From positions 2,624,001 through 2,688,000 of the forward strand of contig OY970208.1 of the NCBI GenBank assembly GCA_963713865.1: a stretch of 64,000 bases of DNA, in the 5' to 3' direction. The translations under genes were made by a program, and so were the position numbers. The notes beneath the pieces are model-generated. The model did no database searches. It was not told the DNA's origin and saw only the letters and a list, made by a program, of their open reading frames with translations. Source of the DNA: an uncultured candidate division Zixibacteria bacterium. Lineage in GTDB: Bacteria > Zixibacteria > MSB-5A5 > RBG-16-43-9. Positions within the stretch are counted from its first letter, which is position 1, and every line of letters starts with the position of its first letter. Shown here piece by piece: positions 53,113 through 64,000 of this stretch.

Positions 53113-53898
53113 TTATCTCCGAAATATTCTTCTTCTCATTCTCATGCGATCAATAACATTAGCTTCTTCTTCCCGGATAACCGTACCGGTCAAAGCTAAA
53201 AACGCATCTTCTAAAGAAGTAGTCTTCGTGTTTTGCTTCAGCTCTTCTGGTGTTCCTTTGGCAATAATTTTCCCGTGATCGATAATGGCGATTTTTTGAG
53301 CGACCCTTTCTGCTTCTTCCATGTAATGCGTAGTAAAAAAAACTGTCATCTGCTCCCCGGAGTTTAGATTTTTGATATAGTTCCAAATATGGCTTCTGGT
53401 TTGAGGATCTAAACCCAAAGTTGGCTCGTCTAAAAATAGTATTTTCGGATGATGGATCAACCCCCTGGCAACCTCAAGCCGTCGCTTCATTCCTCCTGAG
53501 TACTTTTTTACAAGCTCGTCTTTTCTATCCCAGAGTTCAACAAATTTTAGCAAGTGTTCTATTCTTTTTCTGCGAATTTCCTTCGGCACTTTATAAAGCA
53601 CGCCGTGAAATTCCATATTTTCATAGGCGGTAAGCTCATCATCTAAACTCGGGTCTTGAAATACAATACCGAAAGAGCAGCGAGCTGCATTTTGCTCTTT
53701 GGAAGGATCGCTTCCATTTAAAGAAATTTTTCCGCTGGTGGGACGCAAAAGTGTAGCTAGTATTTTTATGGTGGTAGTTTTTCCTGCACCATTCGGCCCA
53801 AGAAATGCAAATATCTCCCCCTTACCAACAGAAAAAGAGATATTGTCAACCGCAGTAAAACCATCAAATTTTTTTGTCAAATTTAGAACGTCAATCAT
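53113..53898 (-). CDS. ABC exporter ATP-binding protein (DrrA-like)
   Basis: GPNGAGKTT, YSGGMKRRL, LDEPTLGLDPQTR, TTHYMEEA. Confidence 0.93.
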   Translation of the reverse strand: MIDVLNLTKKFDGFTAVDNISFSVGKGEIFAFLGPNGAGKTTTIKILATLLRPTSGKISLNGSDPSKEQNAARCSFGIVFQDPSLDDELTAYENMEFHGVLYKVPKEIRRKRIEHLLKFVELWDRKDELVKKYSGGMKRRLEVARGLIHHPKILFLDEPTLGLDPQTRSHIWNYIKNLNSGEQMTVFFTTHYMEEAERVAQKIAIIDHGKIIAKGTPEELKQNTKTTSLEDAFLALTGTVIREEEANVIDRMRMRRRIFRR

Positions 53899-54349
53899 AA
53901 TATTATCTTATCATACCCCCCATTAACGATTTTTGTTGGCTCTTCTGCTAAAGATCAAACCAGAACCGGAGGTAGTGGACGATTTTAGAGCTTTTCTGAT
54001 TCACAATCCCCAGTTTATTGACACTAATATAGCATCTGTTAGAGATCAGGCAAGAGAAAAATCAATCTTTCCAAGGGAGTGATGCTACAATCTTACGTCC
54101 TTTTCAATGGTTTTATTACTATGATAAGCTAAACACTCCCTGGCAGGATGGTTTCAAGCGTTATTTTACTGGTCAAACGACATAGGAATAATTCTACATG
54201 CCCCAAAACACCTGAGATTTATACAAAAAATGAAACATTTCCATCAAATAACTGTATATTTTAAAAGACCGAGTTGAGGATATTGAAACATTAGAGTACT
54301 TTTCAAATGTTCACTAAAACATCTACCTTTAAGCTGAGAGAACTATAGT

Positions 54350-56776
54350 ATGAAAAATCGAAAAAGGTTTCTTGGTTTATTCTTCCTGCTCCTTCTTTTT
54401 ATCACCACGGACCTGCTGGCCGATGCACCTGAGGAGGACAGAGTAAAAAGCATCGCCGCTTTCAGGTTAAATGATGGAGTTAAGATAGATGGGGTATTAG
54501 ATGAGGACTGCTGGAGCAAAGCGGAAAAATCAGGCGGTTTTGTTCAGGCAGACCCTCACGACGGTGAGCCTGCCACTGAATCGACCTACGTGCAGGTTTG
54601 CTATGATAACGATGCACTTTACGCTGCGGTTACCTGTATGGAGAACGAGCCTGAGAAGATAATAAAAATCCTGACCCGCAGAGACCGGTTCAGCGAAAGC
54701 GATGCGGTTAATCTCGGTATTGATTCTTACCACGACCACCAGACCGGTTATATGTTCAAAACCTATGCTTCCGGCACTCAATGCGATCTATATTATTATA
54801 GTGATGGCGCAGAGGACGATTCCTGGGATGCGGTTTGGGAGTCCGCGGTCAAGATTGGAAAAGACCACTGGACCGTTGAATATAAGATCCCTTTTTCCTG
54901 TTTGAGATTTCCCAAAAGTGACAGCTACACCTGGGGATTCTACGTTTCCCGGAATTTGTGCCATAATCAGGAAACCGCCCGCTGGGTGAGGATTCCTTCA
55001 AATCAAGCCGGATACGTGTCCAGATGGGGACATCTGACCGGGATCAAAGATATCGACCCTCCGGTGCATTTAGAGATTTTACCCTACGTAGTCTCCACGG
55101 AAAAAACCGAGCCTGAAAGATTGGGAAATCCTGATGGCAGAGAGCTTTTCGGAAATGTCGGGGTCGATATAAAATACGGCTTAACCTCGAATCTGACTCT
55201 GGATGCCACAGTTAACCCTGATTTTGGACAGGTGGAAATAGATGAGATCGTGTTAAACCTCTCCAATTACGAGACTTTTTATCCGGAGAAAAGACCATTT
55301 TTCTTAGAGGGAAGCAAGATTTTCGAGCCGATCCAGAACCGACCTGTGTCAGCTTTTTTATTCGAGAAGAATCGGCAAAGACCCTGGATATGCGGATTCA
55401 GCCGAATACTATTTTCACCGTCCTACCTCCACCACGATTTTAGCCGCGGCAAAAATCACCGGCAAGACAAAAGGAGGGACGACTATCGGATTCCTCAACG
55501 CGGTCACTGACCGGGAAAATGCGGACTTCTGGCATGTAGACGGGTTCCGCACCAAAAGAGTAATCGAGCCAGAAGCAAATTATAACGTCATCAGACTCAG
55601 CCAGGACATCTTTAATAATTCATCCATCGGAATAATGAGCACTGCTGTCAACCAAAAAGGAAAAATCCCCTCGTATACCGGCGGGGTAGACTGGAACTTG
55701 CGTTTCCTAAAGCAAAACTATTCTTTTATAGGTCAGACCTACGGGAGCTCTAACGGAGAAAAGGAAAAAGGTCTGGGGTATTTGACCGCTCTGGGAAAAG
55801 ATGGGGGGAAACACTGGAGGGGGAATATTGTCTGGTTTTATCTGGACAAGAAAATCAATACCAATAGTCTGGGATATATGAAAAGGAACGATCTGCAGGG
55901 TGGCAGTGTGTGGATTCAATATAAGACCCAGAAAGAAGCCTGGATAATAAGAAACTCCTGGAATAATTTCAACTTATCCTATGACTGCAACTTGAATCAT
56001 GACCGTTCTGGATTGGGGTTTTAATTTTAACAGCTCAGTCGAGCTAACCAATGGCTGGAATGTGGGAGGGGGGTTCTACAGTGATCTGGGCGTGACTTAT
56101 ACAGACTGGGAAGTTCCTTCCCAGCTTTTAAAAATCCCGATCGGACGAAGCGGCTGGTTCAATTTATACACGGATGAAAGAAAAAAAGTCTCCGGAGGAA
56201 TTGATTACAACCTGGGAAATTACTGGGATGGGCTTTCCGAGACTGTTGATCTCTGGGTTACCTTAAAACCCCGCTCCAATTTTGAGGTTACCCTGGAGCC
56301 AAATTGGAATCATATGTGGGACATAAGCCGGTTCGTCGGATATGCCCGGGATGCTTCTGATTCCTCCTCCCTTAATATCTTTGGGAAACAGAGAGTCAAT
56401 CGAGCTGGTTTGGATCTGAGAGGAACTTATACTTTTACCAGGAATCTTACTATCCAGCTTTACACCCAATTCTTTCTCGCCACCGGAGAATACGATAACC
56501 TCGAGAGATTTTACCCAGTAGACAGGTTCTCTCCTTTGGGAAATATTATTAATTTCTCCCCTTTCCGTGGAGATTTCAATCGAAGGGAATTTGCTTCCAA
56601 CTTTATTCTGAGATGGGAGTATCGACCCGGCAGCACCTTGTATCTGGTTCTGGACCCAGGGAAGATATAATTATGACCCCGGTGATTTTAACCTGAGAAA
56701 GGGTTTCTCGCATTTGTTTGACACGATATCAGACAATATCTTTTTAATCAAAGCCAATTACTGGTGGAACCTCTAA
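54350..56776 (+). CDS. CBM9-like + DUF5916 outer-membrane protein; one gene with three 1-nt insertions (~55337, ~56006, ~56648)
   Basis: IDGVLDE..W, WTVEYKIPFS.LRF, NPDFGQVE, EKRPFFLEG; corrected frames give FYSRRIG, AKITGKT, RWEYRPGSTLYLVWTQ...KANYWWNL stop. Confidence 0.85.
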
Positions 56777-56850
56777 CAAAACAAAGCAGGTCAGGAACCA
56801 CAAGCTCCTGACCTACCGCTAATCACTCAATCACTCAATCACTAAAAAAG

Positions 56851-56921
56851 CTGGGGGACAGGGATTCGAACCCCGGTTTTGTGGTCCAGAGCCACACGTC
56901 CTGCCTCTGGACGATCCCCCA
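56851..56921 (-). tRNA. tRNA-Gln (anticodon CTG)
   Basis: TGGGGGA TC GTCCAGAGGCAGGAC G TGTGG CTCTGGA CCACA AAAC CGGGG TTCGAAT CCCTG TCCCCCA G. Confidence 0.96.
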
Positions 56922-57023
56922 GTGAATTAATATACGCTCCCTGCCGATATTATATATGGCTATAAAGAGCTTTTTAAAAATAAAACTTGAAATCCTTTTG
57001 TCAAGCACAATCTGTGAGGTATT

Positions 57024-57414
57024 ATGGAAGACTTAAAAAATATCCTGGTAGTAGATAATCACCAGAACATCCTGGAGCTTATCAGCAATCTTCTGCAGAT
57101 GTTTAAATATCAGACCTTCTGTGCTCTGGATACCCAGAACCGCCCTGAAGCTCTTAGACGAGAAAAGGGTCGATTGCATAATCACTGACGTGGAGATGCC
57201 CAAGCCCGGCGGGTTTGACTTGTTGAACGAGGTCAAGAGTAAATATCCAGAACTCCCGGTCATAATGATCTCCTCCTATGCCAATCCCAAGATGGAAAAG
57301 CAGGCAGAGGAAAGCGGAGCTTCCGGCTTTACCGCTAAGCCTTTCAAGATAGAAACCCTGCAGAAGATGATAGAGAAGGCTCTGGAAAAAAAGGAAAAGG
57401 TCAAGGTCTGTTAA
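57024..57414 (+). CDS. Single-domain response regulator (receiver); 1-nt insertion at ~57138
   Basis: GAGG RBS, MEDLKNILVVDN...; second frame IITDVEMP, VIMISS, GA..F.AKPF. Confidence 0.85.
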
Positions 57415-57709
57415 AAAATTCCTTGGTTGAGAAGCAGGGATATACTGCAATAAATCATTACTAAACTTTTATCCTTGAGCTATAGGGGCAGGTTTCAAAC
57501 CTGCCCCTGTCTTTATAATTAATGACTGCCGAAAGGAACCCAATTCTATAGGTAACGCAAAATTATCAGATTTTCTTCTGGCGTAGAAACTATAATATGA
57601 TATATTGATTTCGTAAAAACGTGAAAATTAGTTACCAACACAGCGAAACATGAAATAAAAAAGTTGTCAATCCAAAAACAAGAATCAAAAAACAAAAAAA
57701 GATAGAAAT

Positions 57710-59410
57710 ATGAATATGAACAAGACCAGTTCTGCACACCCTTCCGATTTTATCCGGGAGATTATCAATGAAGACCTGAGAACCAGCAAATACGGCGGGC
57801 GGGTGCAAACCCGATTCCCTCCGGAACCAAATGGCTACCTGCACATTGGACACGCCAAATCGATCTGTCTCAATTTTGGTATTGCTGCTCAATACGGAGG
57901 TCTATGCAATCTAAGATTTGACGATACTAACCCCAGCAAAGAGGAAATCGAATATGTGAAATCGATTAAAGAAGACGTGAGATGGCTTGGGTTCGACTGG
58001 GAAGACCGAGAGTTCTATGCTTCAGATTATTTTGACAAGCTTTACGGCTTTTCAATACAGTTAATCAAAAAAGGTAAAGCTTATGTAGATGATTTAAGTG
58101 CAGATGAAATCCGTGAAACCCGGGGAACTTTAACTGAACCCGGTAAGGAAAGCCCCTATCGTAACCGTTCGGTAGAGGAAAACCTGGACCTGTTTGAAAA
58201 GATGCGAAAAGGTAAATATCTGGATGGTTCACGCGTCCTTCGGGCTAAAATAGATATGGCTTCTGGAAATATAAATATGCGGGACCCGGTTATGTACCGC
58301 ATCCTTTTTGCAACCCATCACCGCACCGGCGATAAATGGTGCATCTACCCGATGTATGATTGGGCACATGGACAGTCGGATTCTATCGAAGGTATCACTC
58401 ATTCGATATGCACCCTTGAATTTGAGGACCATCGACCTCTGTACGACTGGTACGTCGAGCAATTGAGTATCCATCACCCGCAGCAAATAGAATTCGCCCG
58501 CCTGAATCTCAGCTATACAGTACTCAGCAAGAGAAAACTTTTACGATTAGTAAATGAGGGTTATGTCAGAGGCTGGAATGACCCGCGAATGCCTACCATT
58601 TCTGGTTTTAGAAGACGCGGCTACACACCGGAGTCAATCCGGGATTTTTGTGAGCGTATTGGAGTAGCTAAGCGTGACAGTATCGTTGATATCGCTTTGC
58701 TCGAGCACTGCCTGCGGGAAGATCTGAATAAAAGGGCACCAAGGGTTATGGCAGTATTGCGACCCTTGAAAGTGATTATAGACAATTATCCTGAAGGTCA
58801 AGTAGAAGAGCTAGAGGCAATCAATAATCCTGAAGATGCCAGCATGGGGACTCGCAAGCTTCCTTTTTCACGAGTGCTGTATATCGAGCAGGATGATTTC
58901 AGAGAAGTTCCGCCAAAAGGATTTTTCCGACTTTCACCCGGGAACGAAGTTCGTCTGAAGCACGCCTATATTATCAAATGTGAGCGTGTAGTTAAGGATG
59001 AAAAGAGTGGAGAGGTCATTGAACTGCACTGCACTTATGACCCTGAGACCAAAAGCGGCGAACCCAAAGCTGACCGCAAAGTAAAATCTACTCTTCACTG
59101 GGTTTCCGCTCTCCATGCTCTTGAAGCTGAAGTCCGTTTGTTCGAACACCTTTTCCTGAAATCAGACCCGGATGACATACCTGAAGGACAGGATTTCAAA
59201 ACCAATTTGAACCCTAAATCATTGGAGACTTTGACCTCCTGCAAGATAGAGCCAGGCTTGAAAATAGCAAAACCAGGAAACAAATATCAGTTCTTAAGAC
59301 TGGGTTATTTCTGCGTTGACCCTGATTCAACCGAAAAGAAACTCGTCTTCAACCGGACAGTAACCTTACAGGATACCTGGGCGAAAATTGAGAAAGCACA
59401 GAAAAGATAG
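57710..59410 (+). CDS. glnS: Glutamine--tRNA ligase
   Basis: [53 protein letters not shown]. Confidence 0.97.
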   Translation: MNMNKTSSAHPSDFIREIINEDLRTSKYGGRVQTRFPPEPNGYLHIGHAKSICLNFGIAAQYGGLCNLRFDDTNPSKEEIEYVKSIKEDVRWLGFDWEDREFYASDYFDKLYGFSIQLIKKGKAYVDDLSADEIRETRGTLTEPGKESPYRNRSVEENLDLFEKMRKGKYLDGSRVLRAKIDMASGNINMRDPVMYRILFATHHRTGDKWCIYPMYDWAHGQSDSIEGITHSICTLEFEDHRPLYDWYVEQLSIHHPQQIEFARLNLSYTVLSKRKLLRLVNEGYVRGWNDPRMPTISGFRRRGYTPESIRDFCERIGVAKRDSIVDIALLEHCLREDLNKRAPRVMAVLRPLKVIIDNYPEGQVEELEAINNPEDASMGTRKLPFSRVLYIEQDDFREVPPKGFFRLSPGNEVRLKHAYIIKCERVVKDEKSGEVIELHCTYDPETKSGEPKADRKVKSTLHWVSALHALEAEVRLFEHLFLKSDPDDIPEGQDFKTNLNPKSLETLTSCKIEPGLKIAKPGNKYQFLRLGYFCVDPDSTEKKLVFNRTVTLQDTWAKIEKAQKR

Positions 59411-59622
59411 CAGAGAGCAGGTAGCAAGGAGCGAAAAACGAAAAAAGACTTTGCTTTCGCTGAATGTTATCATCCAGCGATGTAACTATCTCTGTTCTGC
59501 CAAGTGAATTTTTCAAGCAAGACCCCCCTGTTCCATTTGGAATTCGATTCTGAATGTCCTGGTCTTTTCTTCATGAAAAAATCTGGAAATAGTGAAGGAC
59601 TAAAAAAACAAAAAAAATTTTC

Positions 59623-59651
59623 TTGACAGACGATATGAGTGGTTTTATACT
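59623..59651 (+). promoter_or_regulatory. Sigma70-type promoter upstream of mod
   Basis: TTGACA-N17-TATACT. Confidence 0.6.
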
Positions 59652-59781
59652 GGTGCTATAAAAAGAGCAAGGGTTCATTAAATAAATTATATTATGCGCA
59701 GAAGCCACCGTGACCGCAGCAGGCTTTGTAGAATTAGTGTGCAAAATCGCAGAGTTCATTTCCCATTTACCGTCTTGAATC

Positions 59782-61763
59782 ATGAGTGAGCAAAACAACA
59801 AATACATCTTCGGCCCGGACAACCCGCACCCTTTAAGTACACGCAGGACTGAGCTTATCTGGGAAGGCAAGTATGACGAGTATGGCAACCGCCGTGAGGT
59901 GGATATAGCCGGCATGGCGATGCCCATGCAGAAGATTGAAACCATTGACGAGCCGGCAAGCCTGATGAAAGCCGCAGGTGACCAATTTGGACTTGACCTG
60001 CTTGAGAAGAAAAAGAAAGATGATTTCCGCAACATGCTCATCTGGGGCGATAACAAGCTCGTGATGGCGAGCCTACTCAAAGACTTCAAAGGCAAGATTG
60101 ACCTCATTTATATTGACCCGCCGTTCGATGTTGGCGCCGATTTTACGATGGATATTGCCATTGGCGACGGCAAGGAGACACTTGAGAAAGACCAGAGCAC
60201 GCTTGAGATGGTTGCATACAGAGATATGTGGGGAAAGGGAACAGACTCGTATCTGCATATGATGTACGAACGATTCACTCTCATGAAAGATTTATTGAAT
60301 GAGAGCGGGAGCATTTACGTGCATTGCGACTGGCGGATGAACACTTATCTAAAGTTGGTGCTTGGCGAAGTATTCGGAGAAGACCGTTTTCAGAATGAGG
60401 TAGTGTGGAAACGTTCAACGCCCACCGGTGGAAAAACAAAATCAAAAATGTTCCCAAGAGACTACGACTCAATACTTCTCTACTCAAAGACCGATAATCG
60501 GGTCTTCAAAAATCTATATGTACCATATACCCAAGAGTACATTGATAAATTCTTTCACTACAAGGATGAAAACGGGAGAAGATTTATGTCCCAGACTCTG
60601 GGTGACTATTCCCAAGAATCCATATAACTAAGGGTGGGAGTAAGAGGCTGAAATATTATCTCGATGAGGCAAAAGGATTGCTCGTGGATGACTTTTGGAG
60701 TGATATTCGAAATGTAAGACAGGAAGCCGTTAGAAATATGCATGAAAGCGAGATGGTAGATTTTCCAACTCAAAAACCGGAATCCTTGATTGAAAGAATT
60801 ATCTTAGCTTCTTCAAATGAAGATGCTATTATTGCTGACTTCTTCTGTGGCTCAGGCACGACTGGCGCAGTTGCGGAACGGCTTGGTCGGCGATGGATAA
60901 TGAGCGACCTCGGTCGCTTTGCCATCCACTCGTCCCGTAAACGTCTCATCGAGTTGCAGCGCAAGTTGCACGATGAAGACAAGCCATATCGTGCGTTTGA
61001 TGTCTTCAATCTTGGTCGGTACGAGAGGCAATGGTGGCAAAAGGAACGGCTTAAAGGTGCAGATGAAGAACATCGCAAGGTCGTGCTCGGATTCTACAAG
61101 GCGGAACTTCTCACAAACGCACGCTCACCATTGCTCCACGGCAGAAAGGGTCCTGCTCTCGTACACGTGGATGGAATCGACAGCATGCTCAGTCGCAGCG
61201 AAGTACGAGCCGTTGCCGCTGCTGCCAAGGAAGCTGGAGCGAAAGAAGTACATTGCCTTGCATGGGAATTCGAGATGGACTTGCGGCTCGTCTGCAACGA
61301 GATCGAGCATGCCGAGGGAATTAAGATCAAACTCATTCCCATCCCTCGTGAGATCATGGAAAAGAACCGGACGAGCCCGCCGCCGTTCCTTGAGGTTGCG
61401 ATCCTTGAGGCACAGCCCGTGTATCACAAACAAGATGGCAAACGAACAGTGGACATAAAGCTCACGAAATTCTTACCATCACTCGCTGAAGTGCCAAGCA
61501 AAGAGTTAGAGGTACTTCGTGAGCGGGTCATCAAGAGCGGATTCGACTTTATCGACTTCTGGGCAGTGGACTTTGACTATCAGGATGGGCAACCCTTTGA
61601 ACATCATTGGCAAGCATACCGCACTCGCAAAGATAGAAGCTTGCCGCTTGTTTCGAATCAAGAATATATTTATCCGAAGTCAGGAAATTACACAGCGTGT
61701 GTGAAAGTGATTGACGTCTTTGGATGCGATACCTCTATTTCGGTGGAGGTGAAGTATGAGTAG
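59782..61763 (+). CDS. mod: Type III R-M N6-adenine methyltransferase (Mod, beta class); reading frame broken at ~60625
   Basis: [22 protein letters not shown]; second frame KYYLDE..G...[26 protein letters not shown]. Confidence 0.85.
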
Positions 61764-64000
61764 TCCGGTAGTCAATGTATCCGCACTCGAACCTTTGTTC
61801 GCTCCTCATGAAGAACCAACCAAGCATCGTATGCGTGCACTGCGTGAAGGAGAACCGGCACAGATCGTTCCCATCCGCCGTCCAAGTCCTATTCAAATTG
61901 CACAAAATCTCCGCCATGCCGTCCGAGAATGGCGTGAAAATGATTACCCAGGTGCATCAGATACCACAAGAGAATTGCTTCATCACTGGTTTTTCCGTGA
62001 TCATACATTTACAGCACCTGATGGGGAAACATATCCTTTCCGCTACTACTTCTGTCAGCGTGAAGCGATTGAATCGCTTATTTACCTGATGGAAGTCCGT
62101 AGCCTCACAACAATCTCCGGTATAACAGCCGAGTTTGGCGGTGAGAATAGTGAAACAGCCGCACTTGGAATCGATCCAGACGAAGACCGCTGGGCTAAAT
62201 ATGCTTTCAAGCTCGCAACCGGAGCAGGGAAAACTAAGGTGATGAGTTTGGCAATCGTTTGGAGCTACTTTCATACTTTGCGTGAGTCTGATTCTCCAAT
62301 GGTAAAACACTTCGTTGTCATAGCTCCCAACCTCACCGTGTTCGAACGCTTGCGCCAAGACTTTGGCAACGGTAAGATATTTGATGATGATCCATTGATA
62401 CCTGTTGCATGGAAAGGCGATTGGAATCTATCAGTTGTTCTCCAAGATGAAGCCAGTGGCGCCGCCACTGGTGGCGTACTCTACCTGACAAACATTCATC
62501 GGCTCTACGACCCCAACAAAAAGGGCAAGAGAGAAGCAGATACATATGAATTTGTGGGTCCACCCGTCTCAAAGGCAAGAGCTTTGGATACCGGTGAGGA
62601 ATTGAGAGATCGGATCACCTCTCATCGAAAGGTGATGCTACTTAATGATGAGGCTCACCATGTATGGGATCCCGATTCGGCATGGAACGAAGCAATAGTT
62701 TATCTTCATGGTACGTTGCAGAAGCGTGGAGGCAATGGATTGATAGCACAGATGGACTTCTCTGCAACTCCCAAAGACAACAAGGGACGAATCTTTAAGC
62801 ATGTCATATGCGATACACCGCTGGGTGAAGCAGTTGATGGTGGAATCATAAAGACTCCGATTATTGGGCGAGGTCAAAAACTTACCGAGCGAGCAAGCGA
62901 TGATGCTTCACTCAAGTACGAGCAACATTTGAGGATTGGCTACGAACGATGGTTGAAGTCAAAGGAGGAATGGGAACAAAGTGGCAAGAAGGCGTTGATG
63001 TTCGTGATGACCAATGACACCGATGACGCTAATGCGATTGCGAGGAGGCTCGATAGTGATCCTGTTTTCAAAGAACTCAATGGCAAGACCGTTAATCTGC
63101 ACACCAACCTGAAAGGAAAGCTGAAGAAGGTTGGCAAAGGTGAGAGTGCAACAGTTGTCTTCATTGAAGACGAGAAGGCAATCAGCGACGAAGACCTCAA
63201 GGAACTTCGGAAGCTTTCTCGTGAGCTTGATTCGAACAAAAGCCCGTACCGCTGCATTGTCTCGGTCTTGATGTTGCGAGAAGGTTGGGACGTTCGCAAT
63301 GTCACTACAATCGTTCCGCTGAGACCGTACAGCTCGAAGGCAAACATCCTACCTGAACAGACTCTTGGTCGTGGCTTGCGTCGCATGACACCGCCGGGAC
63401 CAGAACAAGCGAACGAGATTGTAACAGTTGTTGAGCACAGTGCTTTTGTTAGTCTCTACAAAGAGCAATTGAGTCAAGAGGGTCTTGACATCGAAGTCAT
63501 CGATGTTGAAAAAGTACCGAAAACCACGGTTACGGTATTTGTCGATAAGAACAAAGACCTAAAGAAGCTTGATCTGTTGTTGCCTCAGTTAAGCGGTGGG
63601 TTCAGGCGAATACCGGTAATTGATAACCTGACTCTTGATGATGTGAAGAAAGAGTTCTCAAAATACAAACCGCTACCAGTGGGAGAAATAAGGTCGACCG
63701 AAATACAATATGAAGGAAGACATCTCATCACGAACGAGATTGTCGAGCAAATGAAGATACAGCTTCCGCTGCTTGAGAGCGGCATCGGAGCCATCTCATT
63801 CTTCAGAGAAGAGTTGGAGAAGCTGGCAAGTCTCAAAGGCACTCATCAGGTATTGGCTCCACTCATAGAAAGTTTTCTGACGGAAATCCTCTTTGAGCAA
63901 AAGCTCGATCTCTTCAATCAACGGCTCGTCAATCGCCTTGCTGATGCAGACGTGCGAGAGCATGTTCGGGCAACATTTGTTCCCCTCCTTCTGGCGAAGA
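61756..64000 (+). CDS. res: Type III R-M restriction subunit (Res, DEAH helicase); 3' truncated by window and absent from the ORF track
   Basis: ATG at 61756 overlapping the mod stop; same frame gives [46 protein letters not shown] and is still open at window end. Confidence 0.9.
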   Translation, partial: MSSPVVNVSALEPLFAPHEEPTKHRMRALREGEPAQIVPIRRPSPIQIAQNLRHAVREWRENDYPGASDTTRELLHHWFFRDHTFTAPDGETYPFRYYFCQREAIESLIYLMEVRSLTTISGITAEFGGENSETAALGIDPDEDRWAKYAFKLATGAGKTKVMSLAIVWSYFHTLRESDSPMVKHFVVIAPNLTVFERLRQDFGNGKIFDDDPLIPVAWKGDWNLSVVLQDEASGAATGGVLYLTNIHRLYDPNKKGKREADTYEFVGPPVSKARALDTGEELRDRITSHRKVMLLNDEAHHVWDPDSAWNEAIVYLHGTLQKRGGNGLIAQMDFSATPKDNKGRIFKHVICDTPLGEAVDGGIIKTPIIGRGQKLTERASDDASLKYEQHLRIGYERWLKSKEEWEQSGKKALMFVMTNDTDDANAIARRLDSDPVFKELNGKTVNLHTNLKGKLKKVGKGESATVVFIEDEKAISDEDLKELRKLSRELDSNKSPYRCIVSVLMLREGWDVRNVTTIVPLRPYSSKANILPEQTLGRGLRRMTPPGPEQANEIVTVVEHSAFVSLYKEQLSQEGLDIEVIDVEKVPKTTVTVFVDKNKDLKKLDLLLPQLSGGFRRIPVIDNLTLDDVKKEFSKYKPLPVGEIRSTEIQYEGRHLITNEIVEQMKIQLPLLESGIGAISFFREELEKLASLKGTHQVLAPLIESFLTEILFEQKLDLFNQRLVNRLADADVREHVRATFVPLLLAK

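Noticed and set aside
9381-57414. Widespread pseudogenisation or programmed frameshifting
   Set aside because: Breaks are single-base, motif-specific and hit genes such as lptD; no slippery heptamers; sequencing artefact is more parsimonious.

Overview
An AT-rich bacterial chromosome segment, probably from candidate phylum Zixibacteria or a close FCB-group relative. This assignment is inferred from dockerin-tagged secreted proteins, QNYPNPFNP-type C-terminal sorting domains and tandem PorV-like barrels. It carries housekeeping genes (uvrB, orphan atpC, nadD, bamD, rimO, lolA, ftsK, HU, lptD, menA, glnS, tRNA-Glu, tRNA-Gln), secreted dockerin peptidases, a RAYT transposase with many GTAG-type REPs, and the start of a Type III R-M locus. 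Three observations stand out. (1) A tandem, integrase-free array of cargo cassettes sits at the 3' end of tRNA-Glu(CTC): a pentapeptide/K-channel gene, a sugar ABC transporter plus GH38 mannosidase, and an ammonium transporter. The cassettes are separated by three tRNA-3'-half repeats, each with CCA, a terminator-like hairpin (clear in two copies) and arm-type direct repeats. (2) Nine of twelve apparent frameshifts fall in the motif CCAGA(C). This is probably a methylation-induced long-read error that reveals a methyltransferase target, so those genes are likely intact. (3) REP hairpins host nested mini-elements, and a putative nuclease gene is bracketed by RAYT REPs. All calls are by eye from motifs; no searches were run.
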